From IMG/VR virus record IMGVR_UViG_3300045474_000007, positions 1 through 59,370 of that record: a stretch of 59,370 nucleotides of DNA. One strand, 5' to 3'. The DNA comes from a virus. Lineage: Duplodnaviria > Caudoviricetes. The notes below the pieces were generated by a model, which ran no database searches, was not told the DNA's origin, and saw only the letters and a list, made by a program, of their open reading frames with translations. Of the stretch, positions 45,904 to 53,923 are shown piece after piece; position 1 is the first letter of the stretch; every line of letters starts with the position of its first letter. Position numbers and translations under genes: made by a program.

Positions 45904-46233
45904 TTACGGGTTGTTACTACCAGTGGATGCTACCGCTGCATCTATCCCTTCTGCCGTAGCCTGGATGGCCAGCGCGTTATCGCGAAGCTCCTGCAATTTC
46001 TCCGGGGTGATGGCATCGGCCCCTGCTGCGATCAGTGCGTCTATTTTTGCCACGAGCCCTGCCTGATCCGTCGCAATGTTTGCAAGGGCCACCTTGGTTG
46101 CTTCCTGAGCTGCCTTGATATCGTCGAATTCTGACATGATCGTACCCTCCCATTCTTCCAACTGGTTTATTTTTGACTCTAACTTAGAAAGCGATGCTTG
46201 AATACTCACCGCCTCAAAATAGGACATTGCCAT
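45904..46233 (-). CDS. Coiled-coil hypothetical protein
   Basis: Amphipathic helical ORF in the membrane-gene cluster. Confidence 0.6.
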   Translation of the reverse strand: MAMSYFEAVSIQASLSKLESKINQLEEWEGTIMSEFDDIKAAQEATKVALANIATDQAGLVAKIDALIAAGADAITPEKLQELRDNALAIQATAEGIDAAVASTGSNNP

Positions 46234-46238
46234 AGCGT

Positions 46239-46424
46239 TTACGCTTTAGGGGCGTTACTGACAACTGCCGTCCCGAACCCGGCAAGCAGCATCCCGATAG
46301 CCGTCCGGATCTCCATCGGCACCGTTACCTTGCCGAACGTTTCGATCAGCCAGACAACCAGCACCGTGATAGGCACCGAAGCAGTTGCGGTGTAAGCTTT
46401 GGCATGGGTTAGAAAGTGATCCAT
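46239..46424 (-). CDS. Holin-like two-TM protein
   Basis: AGGAGG RBS; two TM segments. Confidence 0.65.
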   Translation of the reverse strand: MDHFLTHAKAYTATASVPITVLVVWLIETFGKVTVPMEIRTAIGMLLAGFGTAVVSNAPKA

Positions 46425-46440
46425 GAATCCTCCTGTTTCT

Positions 46441-46644
46441 TCATCTGGGGCTTATAGCGCATGGGCAGACGGTAGTAGTCGGCGCGCAACCAGCGCCGCA
46501 CTTGGGGCATATCCAGCCCCTCGGGCCGACGTAAAAACTCTTACAAGGTCCAATATGGAACTCTCCGCAAGTTGGGCATAGGACGCCTGTTACAGTTTGT
46601 GTTTCGAAAAGTTCCATTAGCTGATCCCTCCTACCGAAACACAA
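46441..46644 (-). CDS. Small Zn-ribbon protein
   Basis: CPTC and GWICPKCG..CPC. Confidence 0.6.
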   Translation of the reverse strand: MCFGRRDQLMELFETQTVTGVLCPTCGEFHIGPCKSFYVGPRGWICPKCGAGCAPTTTVCPCAISPR

Positions 46645-46862
46645 TGAGGCACCAAAACGCTACGGTAAAAACACCGATCAGAAAAAAGAGCCAAACCGCG
46701 CCGCGAATAGCTATCTCAAAAGCCCGTTTCATTTTTTAACCACCCCAAACACAATTGCCGCCACTGCCACTGTTATTATCACAGGAGTAACCAGGCTGTC
46801 CCGCAGTATTTGCAAGGCGGCAAACGTGGCCATAGCTACGGTGGTTATCCCAAGGATGTTAT

Positions 46863-47201
46863 TCACGGCTTCCCTTTGTAGTAGTGCATCACCAGCAAAC
46901 AGCCTATTAGCGATAGAGCAATAGGCGGCTTGACTAGAAACTGCCTGGCCTGAGCACTGAACATCGGCCATTCGTCTCCCGTAACCGTAAGAGTCCGGTT
47001 GACGTCAGCCGCAATTAAATAGCAGTAGTCGATCATTAGGCCAATGACTAACGTCTGCGCTACGATTGTTCCTACACTCCCAGTGCTTTTATCGAAATGA
47101 TTAACCCTAATTTCCCGCAGCACCTCACAGGCCAAAACGGCGATTAGGATATCCCATAACGCCACGATCAGCTCCGATGGCAGGATGGTATTGGGTAGCA
47201 T
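46863..47201 (-). CDS. Three-TM membrane protein
   Basis: Hydrophobic segments; TAATG-coupled start. Confidence 0.6.
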   Translation of the reverse strand: MLPNTILPSELIVALWDILIAVLACEVLREIRVNHFDKSTGSVGTIVAQTLVIGLMIDYCYLIAADVNRTLTVTGDEWPMFSAQARQFLVKPPIALSLIGCLLVMHYYKGKP

Positions 47202-47410
47202 TAACGTTTCCAACACATCTCCAGTAGTTTTAAGATCAGTTCCTGATTTTTAAGAATCGCCGTCTGATTAGCAGCCCCGCCAGAAAAAAAAGTATGGATC
47301 TCATAAAACAACGCGCCACATAGAACCCCCGGGATACCGATACGTCCAACGGCATCCATAAGGGTTATCACTTTGCTGATTTTTTCTTCCACCGCCGATT
47401 CTTCCGCCAT
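47201..47410 (-). CDS. Single-TM protein (holin-like)
   Basis: RIGIPGVLCGALF. Confidence 0.55.
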   Translation of the reverse strand: MAEESAVEEKISKVITLMDAVGRIGIPGVLCGALFYEIHTFFSGGAANQTAILKNQELILKLLEMCWKR

Positions 47411-47436
47411 TGGCCTGCATCCCTCTTTGCCTCGCT

Positions 47437-47517
47437 ACCCCTAGTCACCCCTTAACCATCCCGTAGGGTGCGTTAAAAACGATCCTGGAGCGAAATACGG
47501 GGTGTTTCACAGGGCTT
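47437..47517 (-). repeat. Dispersed ~80-bp repeat, copy E (inverted)
   Basis: Reverse complement AAACACCCCGTATTTCGCTCCAGGATCGTTTTTAA-N15-GGTTAAGGGGTGACTAGGGGT. Confidence 0.85.
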
Positions 47518-48127
47518 CTATGGCCTCCAAAGTCAGCCCGTAGAGCCGGGTAGTGGCTACGCTCCAGTCCATGATGTTATCCTTGAGCCGAAATACCCCT
47601 TTAGTCGCTGATAGTGTTAACGCCGCATTGTCCGAGGGGCTCTCGCGCAATCGTGGCCAGATGTCGAAAGCTATCTCTCCGCTGCTGTTGGAGCTGCCGT
47701 TAGTCAGAACCTTGTAAAGCCGCTGGGTAGTCCCGCTGCCGATTTGGATCCAATCCCCCGCCAGCAGCACACCGCTCGTGCTTACCGGCCACCCGTCCGT
47801 CACTAAGGTTTGCCCCGTCTGGCTTGCCCCTTTGACTAACGGAGTGCCGCCAGCCGAGCCCATCGGAGCCTTTAGGATAGAGTCCCCAAAAAGAAAGGTG
47901 CCCTGCATCCCGTTAAGACTCAGGAGCGCCGCAATCCACTGCTGGGCCTTTAGGTTCTCCATCGGCGGCAATTCGAACTTGACCGCCCAGGATTGCCCTT
48001 GTAGTGCCTGGACCTGCGAAGCAAACGTGAACGGGGAGCGCACCGAGGCCACTGCGGATACCGGCATCCACTCGGTATTGCGAGGGCCGGGCGATGAAGG
48101 GAGCGTGATCGGATAGCTTATAGCCAT
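47507..48127 (-). CDS. Distal tail (Dit-like) protein
   Basis: MAISYPITLP, SPFTF..Q, LPPM, GTFLFGD and DIWPRLR motifs. Confidence 0.8.
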   Translation of the reverse strand: MAISYPITLPSSPGPRNTEWMPVSAVASVRSPFTFASQVQALQGQSWAVKFELPPMENLKAQQWIAALLSLNGMQGTFLFGDSILKAPMGSAGGTPLVKGASQTGQTLVTDGWPVSTSGVLLAGDWIQIGSGTTQRLYKVLTNGSSNSSGEIAFDIWPRLRESPSDNAALTLSATKGVFRLKDNIMDWSVATTRLYGLTLEAIEAL

Positions 48128-48132
48128 AAGTT

Positions 48133-48531
48133 TTACAGCTGCGCCGTTAGAAAGAAGCTGATCGCCGAGCGTCCCATAATAACATGCTCCATGCCATTAG
48201 GGATAAGCAGGCTCTTTCCTGCCGCTACATCTATATCGCTTACGGGGTTAAACACGACAACGGAGCCGTGAAAAACAAAGATCAACTGATCGTTCTCGTG
48301 CGCGTGCATGGCTCCGAACTTCTCACTGCTTTTCAGAGTAACGTACTCTACCGATAACGGATGCTGGCGGGCCGCGCTTATCTCTCCGCCTTTGTAGACA
48401 AGCCGACCGGCCCCTATTTCTATTCGCGAGAGATCCTGATCTCCCACTTCCACGTTATCGTGGGTCCTCGTGTCGTATTCCTGCCCTACATCTACAATCC
48501 TGCCGGTATTTTTTTCAACGTTTATAATCAC
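48133..48531 (-). CDS. Cupin-domain protein
   Basis: HAHENDQLIFVFHG..LIPNGMEH. Confidence 0.7.
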   Translation of the reverse strand: MIINVEKNTGRIVDVGQEYDTRTHDNVEVGDQDLSRIEIGAGRLVYKGGEISAARQHPLSVEYVTLKSSEKFGAMHAHENDQLIFVFHGSVVVFNPVSDIDVAAGKSLLIPNGMEHVIMGRSAISFFLTAQL

Positions 48532-49478
48532 GAGTATTTCACAATCCTTTGGGATGATACAGTAACGGAGTCAGACCCGTCCGCAAGCTCAATAGTGAAC
48601 GTAAAATCTTTGGCGCTGGTAGCATCCTTGGACGCCGACCCCGTTGCCATTCCGGGAGCTCCAACCGATGCGCTGTACGATCCGACCTTAAATTGGATAG
48701 TCGGATACACCACGATAAACCCTGTCTGAGCCCCCGCCGAGCCTTCGGACCGCAATCTGATCCAAATCTCCGCCAACCCTGTGCCACTGGAGCAAGCATT
48801 TGCTGGTAAAATAGCTATCTGAGCGAAGGTTACCCCGTCGTACTTGGCTCGCAGCGTGGCGCTCTTACCTATCCCTAAGCTTATGGCGGATAGACTAATA
48901 AAAAAGTCCATCCAGTTCTCAGTCCCCAGCATCCCCCCGGGAATTGTTTTCGTAGCCGCTGTAACAGTGGTTTCACTAGCGGTGCCGGTAACAGTCTGAT
49001 CTGTGGACAATTTAAGCTTTACGGCCACTCCAGAACTAGCGCCGCCTACGCGCTCATCGGTTATCATGGCGTTGGTAATGGCCGCACTGGACGTCTGTAA
49101 CAGGACTTGGCAAACCGGCGCCTTGTCATCGGTAATAGCCGGAGCGGCTGGGGTGGTAGCTTGAGTGCCGGTAATGATACTGGCAACCCCGGTTAGTTTA
49201 TCGATCACAATGCGATCAATGCGCGGGTGAGTGCTCGGAGCCGTAAACGGGCCAACCATCTGCTGGGCTATCTCCGTCAAGGTAATATCATTTAGAACGT
49301 TTCCAGCATCTAATAGAACATTCATGTCCGGCGTGGCCTTGGCGTGAGGCCCAAAACAGTCAGCGATCCGCTTGCCGACATGAATAGAATTGTCCAGAGC
49401 CGTCTTGTAAGAACTCCCATCCGCTGCCGTCTCAAAATCAGGATCAATCCAAGTTCCAACAGGTGTTACGCCAGCCAT
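48528..49478 (-). CDS. Tail fibre/anchor protein
   Basis: TPDMNVLLDAG..APSTHPRIDRIVID..ITDER motif of siphovirus minor tail proteins. Confidence 0.75.
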   Translation of the reverse strand: MAGVTPVGTWIDPDFETAADGSSYKTALDNSIHVGKRIADCFGPHAKATPDMNVLLDAGNVLNDITLTEIAQQMVGPFTAPSTHPRIDRIVIDKLTGVASIITGTQATTPAAPAITDDKAPVCQVLLQTSSAAITNAMITDERVGGASSGVAVKLKLSTDQTVTGTASETTVTAATKTIPGGMLGTENWMDFFISLSAISLGIGKSATLRAKYDGVTFAQIAILPANACSSGTGLAEIWIRLRSEGSAGAQTGFIVVYPTIQFKVGSYSASVGAPGMATGSASKDATSAKDFTFTIELADGSDSVTVSSQRIVKYS

Positions 49479-49706
49479 TTATTTTTTCTCCGGTTTCTTT
49501 TGATCCTCAATCTTCTTTTGCAACTGATCGCGCTGGGCTTTCATATCCCGCTCGATGTAGAACGACAGTTGCCGTTCCAGCTCAACCACGCGCAGCATAA
49601 GATCCAGCTTGTCGCGTTGCAGTTCCTCTATGCTCTGAGTCGCCTGTTGACCATACGCCGACGAGGCGAAAACAAATAGCGCGAGGATTACAACCCATGC
49701 TCTCAA
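49479..49706 (-). CDS. Small exported coiled-coil protein
   Basis: TTGA-coupled start; signal peptide ending AYG-Q. Confidence 0.6.
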   Translation of the reverse strand: MRAWVVILALFVFASSAYGQQATQSIEELQRDKLDLMLRVVELERQLSFYIERDMKAQRDQLQKKIEDQKKPEKK

Positions 49707-51424
49707 TTTGCCTTCCCCCACCGAATAGCCCCTTGGCCCATTCGCGCCCCTTGAGTGCCCATGCGCACTATGGTTTGAGCGGCGGGAGCCCCCGGCCCTA
49801 TAAGCTGGAATGCCAAGTCTCGCGCCGTTTGCGGTATCCAAGAGATTCCGCCGTTAGTCGTATAATAAGTGTTGCCGTTAGAGTAGGAGTTGGCCCCATC
49901 GCTATAAACCCAGCCGTAGCAACTGTTGGCCGTCATGTTGGCCACCGGCTTCATAACGTAGCCGTAAATTTTTCCGGGCGATAATGGGATATTTGGCAGG
50001 TCGATATGCCCGAAAGCATAGCCAATCGTTGAACGTGGTATATCTACTTGTGAGACCGTGTTGCCTGGAGCACCGCCATTGTCCTCTGCAACGATAATCC
50101 TTAAGTCCTGATTCGGTATGGGGCATGTCAGAGCTCCATCTGTCAGGCAAGGGGTTCCGTCCGCCGGCCCCTTACTGGTGATTATCCGTAGCGTGTGAAG
50201 GCCCATCTGTGCCGTGGTAAAAGTCTGATATTCCCAGTTGCCGCCGTTAACGTCGCAATATCCACCGAACTTGTCGTTAAGAGTAGACGCCATAAGATTG
50301 GCTGGGGTCGTAACCGTGGGGTCCGGTAATAGATCTAGCGTGTAGGTATCGTCGCAATTAAACGGCTGCGGGGTATCGCCGCTGAACGTTAGGGGAATCT
50401 CAAAGAAGTTAGCCCGCCCTTGGGTTGCCCAGCCGAACACCCCCGGGCTTACAGGGGGAACCAGACTCATATCTTGCCCACGCCAGCGATCAGACCAGTA
50501 CAGATAAACGTCACTGCCATTCACGTTTAGCCGAGCCACTCCGCGAACCTGCCCGCCGCAGGAGTTGCTATTAAGCGTAGCCCCTTGAGTCCAGGTGCCG
50601 AGCGGATTGGAAACGTCCACCGACATCAGCGTAGAGTCCGACCCTTGGCAGAATCCGCAGATACGTCCATACAGCATGTGAAGCTTAGAGCCTTTCTCAA
50701 ACAGGGAAGGCGACTCGTAGACGGTCGTTGAGGTTGGAAAGTCTCCGGTGCCGTCCTTTATCATATGAGCACTGCCGGTGACATTCTGATAATCGGAGGT
50801 AAGCTTCTGGATGTAGATATCCCAATGGCCAGAGCAACTGGTATAGGCGATATACGCATCCCCGTTACTGAGCCGAATTAAATTAAAGTCGCAATCGGCT
50901 TCGCTGCCTACCGAGGCAGCTGTCTGAACAACGAAACCCCGGTCTGGATAATCTGACGTAAATACTTGGAAGTGAGGGATCGAGTTAGAGAGAATCCATA
51001 GTACATATTTTTTGCTAGCTGCATTGTAGAGCACGTTCGGCTCATAACATCCAGCTCCGTAAGCCCCAATGCAGATGCTTTGCCACGTATTTTTAGAAGC
51101 GTCCACTCCAGCAGGGTCAAACAGTAATCCGTTGGGATACCACTTCTGGAAGTCTTTAGTTTTCCAACTCTTAAAACCGCAAAACGGAGTATCGTTGTGG
51201 CCCCACATACGCCCGCAGTTCTGGCTCGTTCCGTAGCGGTAGAACCACTGCGGATCGTTGGGGTCCTGAAACACCATGCCATCGTGGGCGTCCAAGGCAT
51301 CTCCGTAGATATCGAACCTGATAACGTGATTGCCCGCCGCATTAGGCCAGTTATTGCGGATGGTAACCGTTGCCTCTGCCGTAGATGCCAATAAAAATAG
51401 AGCAATTATAAGTTGCACAATCAT
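49703..51424 (-). CDS. Secreted GH43-like five-bladed beta-propeller glycoside hydrolase
   Basis: LDAHDG, FYRYGT, YEPNVLYNAASKKYVLW, DFNL, YESPSLF and YWSDRW motifs. Confidence 0.8.
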   Translation of the reverse strand: MIVQLIIALFLLASTAEATVTIRNNWPNAAGNHVIRFDIYGDALDAHDGMVFQDPNDPQWFYRYGTSQNCGRMWGHNDTPFCGFKSWKTKDFQKWYPNGLLFDPAGVDASKNTWQSICIGAYGAGCYEPNVLYNAASKKYVLWILSNSIPHFQVFTSDYPDRGFVVQTAASVGSEADCDFNLIRLSNGDAYIAYTSCSGHWDIYIQKLTSDYQNVTGSAHMIKDGTGDFPTSTTVYESPSLFEKGSKLHMLYGRICGFCQGSDSTLMSVDVSNPLGTWTQGATLNSNSCGGQVRGVARLNVNGSDVYLYWSDRWRGQDMSLVPPVSPGVFGWATQGRANFFEIPLTFSGDTPQPFNCDDTYTLDLLPDPTVTTPANLMASTLNDKFGGYCDVNGGNWEYQTFTTAQMGLHTLRIITSKGPADGTPCLTDGALTCPIPNQDLRIIVAEDNGGAPGNTVSQVDIPRSTIGYAFGHIDLPNIPLSPGKIYGYVMKPVANMTANSCYGWVYSDGANSYSNGNTYYTTNGGISWIPQTARDLAFQLIGPGAPAAQTIVRMGTQGARMGQGAIRWGKAN

Positions 51425-52563
51425 GGCGTTCCTCCGGTAACCGTATAAAACGCGCCTGGGTTCTTCTGGTTGTTGTACTCAGCTAATATCCAATCTGCGC
51501 TACGGGCTGAGTTGGAGATTTGCAGCTCGTCGAATTCCGCAGCCCACCATCCACTACCAGCGCAGTTAGTAGCGTCGCAGTGGGCCACATAGAGCCCATT
51601 GCCGAGAGTGTTGGAGTTAGTATTAGTCGAGGTTTGCACCTGAGTGCCGTTAAGGAATATTTTATGCTCTCCATTTGCATTGTTGTAGGTTAAGACGACA
51701 TAGGTCCACGCGCTCTCGTAGCTGGTATAATTCGTAGAAACCCGCCCGCCGTTACCGCTCCAACCGAAATCCCAGTACAGGACATGATCGATGTAAGGGG
51801 CATGAGTTAAAACCCGGTTTGGCGTATCAGCGCGATCTCCGACAATAAGGCTATAAACCCCCTTATCGCTCTGAGCTGGCGCGTTCTGCCACCACGCTAA
51901 AGTGATGCTCGTTGGTGGCGGAAAGGAAGTATTCTTGATGAATTTATTGGAGGCATTGAATGAGGCGGCGCCGCCTATCTGTCCGGTGGAAGCCGTTGTG
52001 TTGGAGTTGGTGAACGTGTACCCGCCCGCCGTAGAGTCTGCCAGGGACAACGACGCTCCGTTACCGAAGTGATAAACGGCAAGATAGTTGCTGTCCCAGA
52101 CAGCGGACTTATTTTCCTGGCTCGTGGTAATGATCGACTTGCCGTAGCACAGATAAAAAGTGGTGTCGGCCGTATGGGAAATGGTAGCTACTCGCGCCCA
52201 AAAATTAACTGCTCCGGTTGTGGCTGAATAAGAATCAATCTCGTGGTCTAGCTTTGTACCGGTACAGTCCGGATTGGGATAGAAAACTATGTCATAGCCG
52301 TTGGCGTTCGTAACATCCCCGCCGTTGCCAGTCGTTTTCAAATACGCATAGGTGCCGGAAAACAAGAAAGGGAAATTAGTAAGATCGGAGCTGCCGACTT
52401 GATTATGATCTATCGTGATAGTCTTAACCGCCGTAAACCCGTTATTGCCGCCACCGCTGCCGCCAGTTCCCGCATGGCCACCCATAATGCCGGGAAAGGC
52501 ATGGACGGAAGTAGCCCACAGGAGAATAACGAGAAGGAAAACTTTTCTTATAGAATTTGCCAT
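51421..52563 (-). CDS. Secreted DUF2341 + LamG protein
   Basis: ITIDH..LTNFP, NGYDIVF..LDHEID and RSADWILAEYNNQ motifs. Confidence 0.85.
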   Translation of the reverse strand: MANSIRKVFLLVILLWATSVHAFPGIMGGHAGTGGSGGGNNGFTAVKTITIDHNQVGSSDLTNFPFLFSGTYAYLKTTGNGGDVTNANGYDIVFYPNPDCTGTKLDHEIDSYSATTGAVNFWARVATISHTADTTFYLCYGKSIITTSQENKSAVWDSNYLAVYHFGNGASLSLADSTAGGYTFTNSNTTASTGQIGGAASFNASNKFIKNTSFPPPTSITLAWWQNAPAQSDKGVYSLIVGDRADTPNRVLTHAPYIDHVLYWDFGWSGNGGRVSTNYTSYESAWTYVVLTYNNANGEHKIFLNGTQVQTSTNTNSNTLGNGLYVAHCDATNCAGSGWWAAEFDELQISNSARSADWILAEYNNQKNPGAFYTVTGGTP

Positions 52564-53915
52564 GCTGAACCATCGTAGACTAAAGTTTTGATAACGCCGG
52601 TGGTGGCCGTGGTTACGGTACTCCCGCCCGAAGCTTTGATCGTTATCGTATTGGCTCCGCCGATGTGCTTAATCAAGAAAGCCTGTCCTAGAACTCCGCT
52701 TGGCAGTGTAACGTCCCGATCCGATCCGTTGGGATCAAAGAACTGATAACTGTTAGAGGACGTCGTTAATGTGGCGTTACTGGACATAGTTGTCTTGCTG
52801 GTAGGCACCGTTAATAGTCCGGTAAAAGCTGGCGTAGCAATAGTCTTGTTGCTTAACGTGTCCGAGGTGTCGCGCAAGACGGGAACCCCGCTAGCGTTCT
52901 GCCAAGTGATCATCTTAACTCCCGTAACGGATGACGTGTTGTGCTCCAGGTAATCAGTAGAACAGTCCCCATAGCAAAAAGTACCATCATCGCTCACGCT
53001 TAATTTATTCACCCACCCCGCGCCCGCCAAGTTTTGCTGGAGAAGGAATTGGGACGCTCCGGCGTTGGAAGTTACGTCAACGAATTGCCTCCACCATACA
53101 GTGCGCTCAGTTCCATTATTGGCCTTGCCTTCCCACAACACGGCATGCGAATCGCGGAACCCCGACGATCCTATGTTTGCCATGCCTAGAAAAACTTGAT
53201 TTGTCGGGCTTGTCGCGGAGGCTCCGAATACGTTGACGCCCTCAAAGATTGCATCGGTAGCCTGAAAATTACCACTGGAAAAAGTCGTCTTAGTGCCGTT
53301 AGTCGTGCATCCAGTAATACCGGCAAAGACACCAGCGTTGTTGTACTGGCACTGCGTCGTGCTGCCGCCGGGAATCCCAGGTGCGCCACTGCTGCCGCCG
53401 CTCGGGATAAACCCGTTATACGTGGTCCCGTTATAATCCAAATACGCAACGCTGATCGCGTTAGCGGCAAGATCCACTTGATTAGACCCGCCCGCCATGA
53501 ACTTAACCTCGCTTGGAAGGGTCACCGTGGCTTTGCCCGATCCGCTCTGGGTAAAAATGAGATGGTAGCGCATGCCGACTACGGGGTTGGCAAACGTAAA
53601 TGTCGTGCTCCCCGTAAGCGTCATCGTTTGAGTGATGCCGTTATTCCAATCCAGCGCCTTAGTGCCGTTAACGTTCCCCACGTCGTAGGTTAGATTGGAA
53701 AAAACGTGGCACTCATTCCAGTTGCTGGGATTGATAAGCGTAGGATCGGAGGAGTCAGAGCGCGAACTGGTAAAGGCGTGTTTTATACAAGGAGCCGTTG
53801 TCGCCCCGTAACCGTCCACAGATAACAGAATAGCTAGTACCCCACCAACCAGCCAGGAAAGTGCGTTAAAAGCCATTCTTGGCCCAAATACGGGGCATCT
53901 TGAAGGGTGTTTCAT
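52548..53915 (-). CDS. Tail fibre-like protein with hydrophobic N-terminus
   Basis: IKHAF..PSNWNECH, LDWNNG..TFTFANP and QYNNAGVFAG fibre motifs. Confidence 0.75.
   Translation of the reverse strand: MKHPSRCPVFGPRMAFNALSWLVGGVLAILLSVDGYGATTAPCIKHAFTSSRSDSSDPTLINPSNWNECHVFSNLTYDVGNVNGTKALDWNNGITQTMTLTGSTTFTFANPVVGMRYHLIFTQSGSGKATVTLPSEVKFMAGGSNQVDLAANAISVAYLDYNGTTYNGFIPSGGSSGAPGIPGGSTTQCQYNNAGVFAGITGCTTNGTKTTFSSGNFQATDAIFEGVNVFGASATSPTNQVFLGMANIGSSGFRDSHAVLWEGKANNGTERTVWWRQFVDVTSNAGASQFLLQQNLAGAGWVNKLSVSDDGTFCYGDCSTDYLEHNTSSVTGVKMITWQNASGVPVLRDTSDTLSNKTIATPAFTGLLTVPTSKTTMSSNATLTTSSNSYQFFDPNGSDRDVTLPSGVLGQAFLIKHIGGANTITIKASGGSTVTTATTGVIKTLVYDGSAWQIL
53833..53910 (-). repeat. Dispersed ~80-bp repeat, copy F (inverted, inside a CDS 5' end)
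   Basis: Reverse complement ACACCCTTCAAGATGCCCCGTATTTGGGCC..TTTTAACGCACTTTC..GGTTGGTGGGGTACTAG. Confidence 0.65.
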
Positions 53916-53923
53916 GCTTGCTC

